64,000 nucleotides of DNA from a virus. Lineage: Duplodnaviria; Heunggongvirae; Uroviricota; Caudoviricetes. The position numbers and the translations under genes were made by a program. The DNA is taken from IMG/VR virus record IMGVR_UViG_3300026382_000013, positions 17,331-81,330 of that record, one strand, 5' to 3'. Within the stretch, counting starts at the first letter, position 1. The number at the start of each line of letters is the position of its first letter. Shown here piece by piece: positions 9,676-18,541 of the stretch. Under the pieces are notes generated by a model. The model searched no databases. It saw only the letters and a list, made by a program, of their open reading frames with translations, and was not told the origin of the DNA.

Positions 9676-9945
9676 ATGTATTTACGATTTAAACCGCTAG
9701 AACAAATTAAAAGTGAAGCCTATGCAATAACAGTAAATGGGGATATACAATACATAAAAAATGGTGTGTGTGTACCAAAAAATATGCAATGTATATTCAC
9801 TACTAAGCCTATTAAAGTACATTATAACAGTTCTATTTCATATTTACTTGTAACACCTATCAATTATACTATTCGCAAAGATTTAGTATTAGAAGAAGAT
9901 CAACATTTATACACACAATACATGTTTAAACATAAATTACTATAA
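9676..9945 (+). CDS. small paralog family member (89 aa, ends ...QYMFKHKLL)
   Basis: ataaggattgctATG. N-terminal MxxxFKxxE and C-terminal FKHKLL shared with the 9407 ORF. Confidence 0.45.
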   Translation: MYLRFKPLEQIKSEAYAITVNGDIQYIKNGVCVPKNMQCIFTTKPIKVHYNSSISYLLVTPINYTIRKDLVLEEDQHLYTQYMFKHKLL

Positions 9946-10055
9946 AGGAATCTAATGAAAACCATAACTAAAGATCTATATGAGATATTTTTAGCTAAGC
10001 CTAATATACCTGAAGATCTAAAAAAGGAGTTGACCGATAAAGCCCATGAATCACA

Positions 10056-10880
10056 ATGGGTATTTATTGGGTCCTAACTGATTTCTCAGGACAAGAGAAT
10101 GTTAATTTAGCACACTATTTAAAACCTATAGATAACGGAAACCTTGAAAATGTAATTGAAAATGGCTCTAAAGACAATAGTACAGACCTCCATTCACTAA
10201 ATGCAATAGCATGCGGAGTAAGTAGAAGTGACTCAAAAGCCATATTTTTCGGGCTTTTATACGGTTCATCAGCAACTTTAACTGGTTTCACTATATTAGG
10301 TGACAAACTATATACAGATTACACACAAGACGAATTCGATAAGATGTTTAAAAAACTATCTAAACGAACTATAGAACTTGAAGGTACTAAATACTATCCT
10401 ATCAAAAAAGGGCAATTAGTACTATTCAATGATAAATTAATCATTCAAGCTATATTTGGATTACATGTTCAAACTAAATTACGCAAAAATACTAAAGGTC
10501 TTGAGAAACTTGAGGAACAGTTTAAACAAGAAGCTAAGACTAACGGTTATGTTGAGCTTCCTTTAGGCCGTAAGATATATATAGACTCAGACCACAAAGC
10601 CCTTAATTATTTTAACCAAGGTTTAGGTGGACTTGCTTTTAAAGTCTACTTACGTATATTTTATAATACATTATATAATAAAGGTATTTACATTAATGAG
10701 CATTATAGACTACAAGCTTGTATTTATGATGAGATTGATATAATCGCAGACCCAAATCATGTTGATACTATTGTGCAAGTTATGAATGACACTTACGAAT
10801 TAACATCTAAAGAGCTAGCACTTAATGTCAGATACACGGGAGAAACACTTAAGGGCGTAGATTGGGATTCTTGCCATTAA
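10056..10880 (+). CDS. family-A DNA polymerase, C-terminal fragment (palm motifs A, B, C)
   Basis: Motif A LTDFSGQENVNLAHY, motif B RSDSKAIFFGLLYGSSA (RxxxKxxxFGxxYG), motif C CIYDEIDII. Confidence 0.8.
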   Translation: MGIYWVLTDFSGQENVNLAHYLKPIDNGNLENVIENGSKDNSTDLHSLNAIACGVSRSDSKAIFFGLLYGSSATLTGFTILGDKLYTDYTQDEFDKMFKKLSKRTIELEGTKYYPIKKGQLVLFNDKLIIQAIFGLHVQTKLRKNTKGLEKLEEQFKQEAKTNGYVELPLGRKIYIDSDHKALNYFNQGLGGLAFKVYLRIFYNTLYNKGIYINEHYRLQACIYDEIDIIADPNHVDTIVQVMNDTYELTSKELALNVRYTGETLKGVDWDSCH

Positions 10881-10890
10881 AAGGATTATT

Positions 10891-11187
10891 ATGAAACCAC
10901 AAAGATACTTAAAAATACGCACATGGAAAGATATGGCTAAGGAGTATGGTACTAACATACATGGAGATATAACTGTTCAAGGAGTATTTCTTAAGGATAT
11001 GAAACCATTAGCAAATACAAAAATCCCAATACCAGACATTACCACATTCCTACAATACTGGGATATGTACAAAGTAGTAACTATAGCTGAAATGGATAAT
11101 GATAAATACTATATCACACTACCCATGCTTACTAAAAAATCTCAAGGTATCGTAATGACTACCCTCATGAAGTATAAAATATTATGA
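10891..11187 (+). CDS. hypothetical protein (98 aa)
   Basis: taaaaggattattATG. Confidence 0.5.
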   Translation: MKPQRYLKIRTWKDMAKEYGTNIHGDITVQGVFLKDMKPLANTKIPIPDITTFLQYWDMYKVVTIAEMDNDKYYITLPMLTKKSQGIVMTTLMKYKIL

Positions 11188-11465
11188 TAGTATTAAAACC
11201 TAAACATCTAACAATAATCTTTTTAAGTACTAATACCGAAATCCCAAAAGATGTACTGTATGGTTGGAATGAAGCTATGGCATTAAATTTATTAGCTAGA
11301 ACATTTGAGATTTATAAGATAATAATACTTAAAGAATATTTAGAATTGTATATTAAAGACATGCCTTGGACTATATCTATAAACATGCTAACAGATGAGT
11401 CTAAAACTAAAGTAACTAAATATTTATTTGAAGAAAAAGTATTACATTTAATAAAACATAAATAA
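11184..11465 (+). CDS. small paralog family member (93 aa, ends ...LHLIKHK)
   Basis: C-terminal K/H-rich tail and downstream aaacataaataaggaag motif resemble the 9407 and 9676 ORFs. Confidence 0.4.
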   Translation: MIVLKPKHLTIIFLSTNTEIPKDVLYGWNEAMALNLLARTFEIYKIIILKEYLELYIKDMPWTISINMLTDESKTKVTKYLFEEKVLHLIKHK

Positions 11466-11473
11466 GGAAGTTT

Positions 11474-13663
11474 ATGACAAAAGAACACATACAACTTAAA
11501 CAAGAACTTGATGACTATTCTTGTTTTAACTCACAACAACATCCAGCATTTGAGTATGCTATTAAATGTATAGCACAAAATGCAAATTATAAAATGAAAC
11601 TTATGATGGCAGCATCCGAACTAGTATTATTTACATCACAACTACGTAAACCTATTCAAATGTCAGATGGTACATTAGTCCCAGTAAACATTATTTCATT
11701 TATCCTAGCAGGTTCTGGAGCAGCTAAAGACTCTTCATTAGCTCAAGTACGCATAGCATTGCAAGAAGGTTACAATGTAATTGAATACAATCGTGAGCAA
11801 TCTGCTAAACAAAAAGCTAAGCACCATGCAACTGTAAATGACGGTACACCTAATAAATGGAAAGATTACTATATACCACCACCAGAACTCTTTGGAGGTA
11901 TTGGGAGTGTTGAAGGTCAAATGGATCATTGGGATACACTTCAACGTAATACATATGGAGCTGGGTACATCCAAGAATCTGAATTAGGTTCTGCTTTAAT
12001 TAACAATAAAAATATGCCTGAAAACATAGAAGCTTTATCTAAAATCTATGATGTAGGTAATATTGTGCCTAAGATTGTAAAGGCTAAAGAATTTCAAACA
12101 AACTCTATTAAAGGACTTCCAGTATCTGCTATAATGTTTGGTACAGACCAACAAGTTCTTTACAATGCTACTGCTAAACAACGTTTTAAAGACGAATTTA
12201 TAGCTAAACTTGCTAGACGTTCATTTATAGATTATAACTATGAAGATGTACCATTACCAACTTTTGATGAGGATAAAGAAGCCCGATTGGAAGCTAAACG
12301 TAAAGTACAGCAAGATGCTAAAGAAGCTAGAGACTTATTATCAGGTGAATTTGCTGATATTGCTAAACAAACTACACAAGAGCCATTAACATTATCACCA
12401 GAAGCAGAAGATATTTATTTTACATACCAAGATTATAATTTATTTGCAGCAGCTGAAATACCACATACTCATCCTATCACAGCTTTACATATTAAACATA
12501 GACACTGGAAAGCTCAGAAACTAGCTGGAGCATTAGCTATCATTGCTAAATCAGACATCATTACTGAATCTCATATGATGTATGCTGTACGTTTTGCAGA
12601 ACTTTTTACACAAGATATGTTTGATTTTGAAACTGAATTAGATAAAGAACCTTATGAATTATTTGCTGATTATATCCGTTCTAATACATCAGATACAGAT
12701 CCTAAACAATACATGAATATACATCAATTACGTAAACTTGGGTACATTAAATCAGCTAACTCTAAAGCACAATTAGAAGAGCTTATAACTAATGCGTCCT
12801 CTTATGACATGAATGGTATATACACTAAATGCGACAAAGGTATTTGTTATGAACGTATTGTCAAGACACCTGTATCTGGAATTTCTTATGTAGCTGTATC
12901 AGGTTCTAAAGAACAACGTGGAAAACAATGTGCATCTGGTTTTGTGTATGAAGAAGCTGATTTCGCAAAACTCTCCACAATTCTTAAAGGTGACTATGCT
13001 TATTCACCATTTGAATTTAAGGATGGTATACGCTCCAAAGCTAACATAATTGGTTCTGCTAAATGGATTGCATTAGATGTTGACTATGGTAAGCTTACAA
13101 TGCATGAGATGCATGAAGTCTTGCTTGAAGTTAACCACCATATTGCTCCAACATCAGATGCATCTAATGATTTCAAATACAGAATTTTACTAGAACTTGA
13201 CCAATTTGTAGATTTAGAGGACCAAGTATGGAAATACTTCGCTAAATCTATCGCTGAGGACTTTTTTATCAAACTTGATAACTTACCTAAGTCACAGATA
13301 TTCTTTGCATATTCAGCAGCTGAAGTACTGTCAGTAACGGATAAACAACCTATTGAAACTCGTGAACATATTATATTTGCTTTATCTCAAGTTGATCAAA
13401 AGAAACCCCAAAAAGAATTAACTGAAAAACAACGTAAAACACTTTTAACAGACTCGATGGAAACATTTGATTATGCTTATAATTTACCTTTTGATGGGTC
13501 TGGTGTACGTACTTTAATATCTGTAGCATTCAAAGCCAATGAACTAGGAGCTACTAAAGATGAAATACGTACAATTTTAGATGACATCAATTCATTTTGG
13601 ACTGATCCTCTACCAGCAGCTCGTATGGAGGCACAAGTATACACAATACTAGAAAGGCTTTAA
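11474..13663 (+). CDS. putative DNA primase (C-terminal archaeo-eukaryotic primase / prim-pol-like domain)
   Basis: WIALDVDYG (hhhDhD), HHIAPTS (sxH) and KYRILLELD fit the AEP motifs. The N-terminal ~450 aa are unassigned. Confidence 0.45.
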   Translation: MTKEHIQLKQELDDYSCFNSQQHPAFEYAIKCIAQNANYKMKLMMAASELVLFTSQLRKPIQMSDGTLVPVNIISFILAGSGAAKDSSLAQVRIALQEGYNVIEYNREQSAKQKAKHHATVNDGTPNKWKDYYIPPPELFGGIGSVEGQMDHWDTLQRNTYGAGYIQESELGSALINNKNMPENIEALSKIYDVGNIVPKIVKAKEFQTNSIKGLPVSAIMFGTDQQVLYNATAKQRFKDEFIAKLARRSFIDYNYEDVPLPTFDEDKEARLEAKRKVQQDAKEARDLLSGEFADIAKQTTQEPLTLSPEAEDIYFTYQDYNLFAAAEIPHTHPITALHIKHRHWKAQKLAGALAIIAKSDIITESHMMYAVRFAELFTQDMFDFETELDKEPYELFADYIRSNTSDTDPKQYMNIHQLRKLGYIKSANSKAQLEELITNASSYDMNGIYTKCDKGICYERIVKTPVSGISYVAVSGSKEQRGKQCASGFVYEEADFAKLSTILKGDYAYSPFEFKDGIRSKANIIGSAKWIALDVDYGKLTMHEMHEVLLEVNHHIAPTSDASNDFKYRILLELDQFVDLEDQVWKYFAKSIAEDFFIKLDNLPKSQIFFAYSAAEVLSVTDKQPIETREHIIFALSQVDQKKPQKELTEKQRKTLLTDSMETFDYAYNLPFDGSGVRTLISVAFKANELGATKDEIRTILDDINSFWTDPLPAARMEAQVYTILERL

Positions 13664-13664
13664 A

Positions 13665-13958
13665 ATGCAACTACCTAGAGATATCCTACAACGTTTAGTA
13701 TTTCTATATCCAGAACTTAATGCTAGTATGTACATGCATGAAATTATGTACCATTTTACGAAAGAGACTGGTATAGATATTATAATACAAGATAAAAATG
13801 TACGGACAGATGTATTGAATATACTCTCTAACTATGAATACGGAATGTATGCATTATGTGTAGAAAAAGAAGTAGATACTAATAGACCTCATAATATAAC
13901 TAGTATACACGATTACTACTACAATGTTAGTAAAGATAGGTTTGTAATATGCAAGTAA
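13665..13958 (+). CDS. hypothetical protein (97 aa)
   Basis: ORF with overlapped start (TAAAATG). Confidence 0.45.
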   Translation: MQLPRDILQRLVFLYPELNASMYMHEIMYHFTKETGIDIIIQDKNVRTDVLNILSNYEYGMYALCVEKEVDTNRPHNITSIHDYYYNVSKDRFVICK

Positions 13959-14302
13959 CATACCATAAAGACCTTACAACATTTATACGTAAATTATATT
14001 TCTTAGGTAAACATAATATACTAAATAATAGCTATTTAGAAAATGATGTATATCACCATAAATATATAGATATACATTTACCAGAGAACTCTAATGGCTA
14101 TAAGTTTTTACTAAGTACCTTACGATTTGGAGATAATACTAGTCCATTCATAGGTACTGATAATGAACACTATAAATTCTTAACAGCAAAACCTACAAAA
14201 GATTTAAGTATATTTTTAACAACTACTAAAGTATTAGATACTAATTACACAACACCTCTCTCATCACACCTAGAAAGGATACTTAATGAAACCACCACAT
14301 AA
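13949..14302 (+). CDS. hypothetical protein (117 aa)
   Basis: ORF. Confidence 0.45.
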   Translation: MQVTYHKDLTTFIRKLYFLGKHNILNNSYLENDVYHHKYIDIHLPENSNGYKFLLSTLRFGDNTSPFIGTDNEHYKFLTAKPTKDLSIFLTTTKVLDTNYTTPLSSHLERILNETTT

Positions 14303-14817
14303 AATTTTAACTCTGTTTAAAAAACTTAAATTCTTAGGGGGGTACAGACTATGCTTCTATAGATGGAGGACAATGTTATTGTGATTATAAACTAGACATC
14401 CAAGGGATTAGTAATATTTATGTTATGATAAATAAAGCACTTGCTGAAGATACTTGTAATAAGTTAACAGAATGGGAAGATTTTGAAAATTTATGATTAT
14501 ATGCTGAAGTTCATCAAGTAATCTATATACTTTAGGCTAACCTGCAATGCTACTACATACTACTTCCTGCGGAAGCTTAACGTATGTAGTACATGTTTGG
14601 TTACCTACGTATATATCCCACTTACTCACTTACTCAGCATGGGAGAGAGGTGTATATATTATTTATTATATTATAGTCCTATATTAATATATGTGTATAG
14701 GCATCATCTTTTATAAAACCTTTACAAAGTACTACGAGCAGGGGTCTACAAAGGTTTTAGTATGTAACCTATAGAGGTGACATTTGTATACATTATGTAA
14801 CTTACAGAGGTTACATA
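14303..14817. promoter_or_regulatory. 515-bp non-coding, repeat-rich region: candidate replication origin or regulatory hub
   Basis: Nested palindrome: arms 14551-14560/14582-14591 enclosing cttcctgcggaag. 24-bp direct repeat at 14654-14677 and 14844-14867. 10-bp inverted arms at 14714-14723/14750-14759. ATGTAACCT/AGGTTACAT at 14762-14770/14808-14816, plus tatgtaacctatagaggt vs tatgtaacttacagaggt. Confidence 0.45.
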
Positions 14818-15057
14818 ATGATATATCTAATAAATAGCTACACATATATTATTTATTATACTATAGTAGTGTATGTGACTTTTTACATTAAATCTTCTGT
14901 AAGCTCGTTAATAACGTACTTTCAGAAGGTTTTTATAAGGAGTAAATATTATCTAGCATATAGTGTGACAGATAACATTTACTCTATTTATGGTATACTA
15001 TGGATAAGATTTACTCCAGAGGTTTGGAGTAAGTTATTTAACTATCAAAGGACTGAT

Positions 15058-15480
15058 ATGAGTAATTATATCACTACAACACTTAAACAAAAATCAAAAC
15101 GGAGGGCTACTAATGTGTATTTAACACTTAAAGATAAAAAAGCACTTATGGAAGAATGTGGTATACCAGCTATGGTTTTATTTGAGTTTTATCTATCTAA
15201 ATCTTCATTACCTAATTATGAATATTCTGATGGGGCAACAGCAAAAGCTTTAGGGTGGACAATACATACAGTAAAAAACCATAGACTTAAACTTCAACGA
15301 GCTGGTTATTTTCTTAAAACAAAAGCTATATACACAGATGGTAGATCTTTAACACATGTATTGCTAGGCAAGGATGTGGTAACCTCTGCAAAAGAGCAAG
15401 TAGCCTTAGCACAAAAAGAACCTAATGAAACTATTACAACAGATACTGTAATAATAAATTTATTTGATAAAGAAACTTAA
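15058..15480 (+). CDS. winged-helix/HTH DNA-binding protein (initiator- or regulator-like), paralog 1
   Basis: aaaggactgatATG at 15058. The 80-aa N-terminal extension in the ORF track is low-complexity read-through of the repeat region. HTH-like ATAKALGWTIHTVKNHRLKLQRAGYF. Confidence 0.55.
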   Translation: MSNYITTTLKQKSKRRATNVYLTLKDKKALMEECGIPAMVLFEFYLSKSSLPNYEYSDGATAKALGWTIHTVKNHRLKLQRAGYFLKTKAIYTDGRSLTHVLLGKDVVTSAKEQVALAQKEPNETITTDTVIINLFDKET

Positions 15481-15760
15481 ACAAAAATCAGCTAGGAGAG
15501 CTACAATGTCATATCTACGAATGGAAGATAAAAGAAACATTATAAAAGAATGTAATGATTCAGCTGTAATACTATTTGAATACTACTTATCTAAAGCTGA
15601 TATAGATTCTTTTGAGTACACGGATGAAAAAGATGTAAGATTAAAATTACAAAAAACAGGTTACTACTTACAACGCTCAGGGGGCCTTAGAGATGGTTCA
15701 ATAGTAATATACTTAGGAAAAGATTCTTATACTAACAGAGAAATTGAGGCAAAGGTATGA
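15464..15760 (+). CDS. winged-helix/HTH protein, paralog 2 (tandem duplicate)
   Basis: Shares LKQKSxRRAT..L...DK....EC.....LFE(F/Y)YLSK....(F/Y)EY(S/T)D with paralog 1. The conserved N-terminal motif lies upstream of the SD+ATG at 15506, reachable only from TTG at 15464. Confidence 0.5.
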   Translation: MIKKLKQKSARRATMSYLRMEDKRNIIKECNDSAVILFEYYLSKADIDSFEYTDEKDVRLKLQKTGYYLQRSGGLRDGSIVIYLGKDSYTNREIEAKV

Positions 15761-16101
15761 ATGCAATAGATACTTGGAATAAACTTTTATTTGTATCTAA
15801 TTACAAAGAAAAATTAATTAATGCTAGCTATATTGAAAATAATTTACTACTGATACACTCTAGTATAGATATACATATACATACACAAAATGATGATAGT
15901 AATCTATTAAAAGAGTTACTACATACTGGTATATTTGTATATTTAGTTGATTCATACACTGGTATAGATGATGAATTGCACTATACAAGTTATTTTACTA
16001 ACAAAACTTTAAATACTCATATTTACATTATTATAAATAAAGCATTAGACTATCAATCTTCAACACCAATAAAGGATCTACTAGATGAAAGAATTACTTA
16101 A
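15757..16101 (+). CDS. hypothetical protein (114 aa)
   Basis: ORF. Confidence 0.45.
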   Translation: MNAIDTWNKLLFVSNYKEKLINASYIENNLLLIHSSIDIHIHTQNDDSNLLKELLHTGIFVYLVDSYTGIDDELHYTSYFTNKTLNTHIYIIINKALDYQSSTPIKDLLDERIT

Positions 16102-16450
16102 TTACTTAAAATTTATGGTACCAGATGATATATTAAATCATGTTTACTTTCCAGATACGTTACTAAATAGAGATAACCCAAAAAAACACTTACAAGAAGG
16201 TCAGTACATAGATATATATTACAAACATGATACAGGCACAAGAGATGTACGTAAACTACTAAGTGTTTTTAAATGCTGTAAGGAAAAGGTACCCACACAT
16301 ACGGTAATGCATTTAACAGCTAGTAGGTTACTAAGATTAGAATCTTTAAGCATTAATATTAATTTATTTATATATAAAGATACTTACACATGTGATGAGG
16401 ATTACTCACTACCATTCAATGAGGTTTACAATGAATACTGTAAATCTTAA
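16085..16450 (+). CDS. hypothetical protein (121 aa)
   Basis: ORF. Confidence 0.45.
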   Translation: MKELLNYLKFMVPDDILNHVYFPDTLLNRDNPKKHLQEGQYIDIYYKHDTGTRDVRKLLSVFKCCKEKVPTHTVMHLTASRLLRLESLSININLFIYKDTYTCDEDYSLPFNEVYNEYCKS

Positions 16451-17717
16451 TGAAAAACAAAAACTAGCTTACGATAGAGTTTTAGTATCTAAAGCACCAA
16501 TAACATATTTAACAGGTGGTGCAGGTACTGGTAAATCTACTACAGCAACAGCTATCATAAAAGACTCATTTAATGTAACTGTAACAGCTACTACACATAA
16601 AGCTAAAACAGTTCTAGCTGAGATGCTTGGTAAAGAATGTCATACTATACAAAAATACTTAGGTTACACTATTATTCAAAATAACTATAAACAACATTTA
16701 CATAAAGCTAAATCTAATGATAAAATAGAACCATGTAACTTATTAGTTGTAGATGAAGTATCTATGCTACCTAATAAAATTCTCAAAGAAATTGTAGAAC
16801 TTGTTAAAGAAGGTAAACTATTTAAACAAGTCTTATTCATTGGAGATTCTGTACAACTACCAGCAGTTACTGATAAGCCTAACCTAAAACTAATCGAATT
16901 TTTCAATGTAAATCTTACAGAACAAATGAGACAAGATAACTGCCCTACACTCATTAATTACTTTGAGACACTACGTAATGCTATACAATTAGATAATATG
17001 CCTTCATCGCTCTTAACTAAAGCACCAGCTATTACTATATGTGATGACCATAAGGAATTCTGTAGGCACTACTTAAAATGTAATGGCAATAAACGTATAC
17101 TTACCTATAGAAATAATGTTGTAGACAAGTACAATAAATATATTAATGACTCAGAGTCTACGTTTAATATAGGAGATAAAGTAGTAATTGATAAACCTAT
17201 AGCATCTATTGGAGCACACAATAAAGACACACTTACAGTACATGATATTGAAGAGCACCAGCACTACTACAAAATTCTACTAATGAACTCTAATGGTAGA
17301 GGTGCTTACATAAATCATTATAAACTTGTATCTGAACTCAATAGACAACTTGAGGAGTTTAAATCTAAACATCAAGAAACTCAATACTGGGATTTATTTG
17401 ACACATCCTTTAGACTTAAACATGTATTTACATCTACTGTGCATGCAGCTCAAGGAGATACTATTGATTATGTATTTGTTGATGCATTTGACATTATATC
17501 TGCACATCAGCAAGCTAAGACAAGGTATAATCAACCTATCTCAGCTAACATGATGTTACGCCTACTTTATGTTGCTATATCTCGTATGAAGGTACATTGC
17601 TACATCTACACAGGAGTTAAACCACGTGACTATAGTGAACTTACTAAAGACCCTAATCGTAAGCTACGCACAGTTAAACCTAAGAATACACCAATAAAAG
17701 AGAGGTTCACATTATGA
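16431..17717 (+). CDS. SF1 helicase, Dda/RecD/Pif1-like
   Basis: Walker A GGAGTGKST, Walker B VVDEVSML, GDSVQLPAV, TVHAAQGDTIDYVFV. Start chosen at ATG 16431 (gaggtttacaATG). Confidence 0.75.
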   Translation: MNTVNLNEKQKLAYDRVLVSKAPITYLTGGAGTGKSTTATAIIKDSFNVTVTATTHKAKTVLAEMLGKECHTIQKYLGYTIIQNNYKQHLHKAKSNDKIEPCNLLVVDEVSMLPNKILKEIVELVKEGKLFKQVLFIGDSVQLPAVTDKPNLKLIEFFNVNLTEQMRQDNCPTLINYFETLRNAIQLDNMPSSLLTKAPAITICDDHKEFCRHYLKCNGNKRILTYRNNVVDKYNKYINDSESTFNIGDKVVIDKPIASIGAHNKDTLTVHDIEEHQHYYKILLMNSNGRGAYINHYKLVSELNRQLEEFKSKHQETQYWDLFDTSFRLKHVFTSTVHAAQGDTIDYVFVDAFDIISAHQQAKTRYNQPISANMMLRLLYVAISRMKVHCYIYTGVKPRDYSELTKDPNRKLRTVKPKNTPIKERFTL

Positions 17718-17899
17718 CAAGAAAATTAAATGCAATAGCTAACCGTAAATCTATTAAAGTTATTCAACAGCAACAACCTAAATTAGATCGTATTGATAAA
17801 TTTAACAAAGCTTTAGATTTAACAGAGCGTTTACGCAAAACACTAGATAGTGATATTGATAGAGCTACAAAAATAGCGGATAATACCTATGGCAAGTGA
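17714..17899 (+). CDS. hypothetical protein (61 aa, basic)
   Basis: ORF. Confidence 0.4.
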   Translation: MTRKLNAIANRKSIKVIQQQQPKLDRIDKFNKALDLTERLRKTLDSDIDRATKIADNTYGK

Positions 17900-18374
17900 C
17901 TACAATTATAATAGATTATGTGCAGACTTTATAGCACAAAAAGAAGAAAACTCATCAACAGCACAAAATAGGATGTCCTACAAAGGTACAGAATTATACT
18001 CATATACTAGTTTACTTGCTACATTACATAAACAAGATAAGATAGTAGTATACTACAGTGATATAGCACATTATAGTAATACATCACATGGACATTTTAG
18101 AGCACTAATAGAAGAGGTAAAAAATTATGGGTACATATTACTAAAAAGTAGAGACACCACAACAGACTCTATGTATGATGACTTCTATAAAATACTTAAA
18201 ACGTACAAAAGATCACGTATAGAACGTACTAGGACAGTACGTAAACAACTACTTTTAAAAGAGCACAATTCTATAGTAAGGTTCTTTGAATTTGTTAAGA
18301 TAGACAAACGTACTAAAGTGTATAAACATTTAACCAAAATACAGCAAATACTATTTAAGGAAAAAATATTATGA
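17889..18374 (+). CDS. hypothetical protein (161 aa)
   Basis: ORF. Confidence 0.45.
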   Translation: MASDYNYNRLCADFIAQKEENSSTAQNRMSYKGTELYSYTSLLATLHKQDKIVVYYSDIAHYSNTSHGHFRALIEEVKNYGYILLKSRDTTTDSMYDDFYKILKTYKRSRIERTRTVRKQLLLKEHNSIVRFFEFVKIDKRTKVYKHLTKIQQILFKEKIL

Positions 18375-18541
18375 TAGTGAATTTTACAGAAGAAGAGTTA
18401 GCATCTATAGCAGCTAAATCCGTTACATTTACCAATGCTAATATAGTAGCTTTTAGATTAGTAAATTCAACACCAGATATTGCAAAAGCTTTATATGAGG
18501 AGCTCAAGTACATGTTAAGAGGGGACACAGATGGGGTATAG
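18371..18541 (+). CDS. hypothetical small protein (56 aa), not in the ORF track
   Basis: ATG at 18371 overlapping the previous stop (ATGA). Runs to TAG at 18539-18541 in a gap with no other plus-strand call. Confidence 0.3.
   Translation: MIVNFTEEELASIAAKSVTFTNANIVAFRLVNSTPDIAKALYEELKYMLRGDTDGV

Larger units (their letters stand above)
9360..10058 (+). other. intervening element splitting the polymerase gene (candidate group I intron / mobile insert) carrying three tandem diverged small-ORF units
   Basis: Joining 9359 to 10059 restores FTAPI|GIYWVLTDFSGQENVNLAHY, matching Pol A FIAPEDYVIVSADYSQIELRIMAH in length. The 5' exon ends in T and the insert ends in G. No SD precedes the 10056 ATG. 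Confidence 0.5.

Noticed and set aside
9360-10058. Intein interrupting the polymerase
   Set aside because: The intervening sequence has multiple stop codons in the polymerase frame and no Cys/Ser...His-Asn boundary residues. An RNA-level intron or a true gene split fits better.
14338-14496. 52-codon open frame inside the origin-like region (…GQCYCDYKLDIQGISNIYVMINKALAEDTCNKLTEWEDFENL*)
   Set aside because: No start codon except a late internal ATG and no SD. An open stretch of this length is not statistically compelling in the region. Kept as part of the non-coding regulatory region.
14818-15057. 80-aa N-terminal extension of the first wHTH gene starting at 14818
   Set aside because: Its translation (MIYLINSYTYIIYYTIVVYV...) is a Tyr/Ile run read from the AT-rich repeat region and includes the second copy of the 24-bp direct repeat. 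An internal ATG at 15058 has an SD (aaagga) and begins the part conserved with the paralog.
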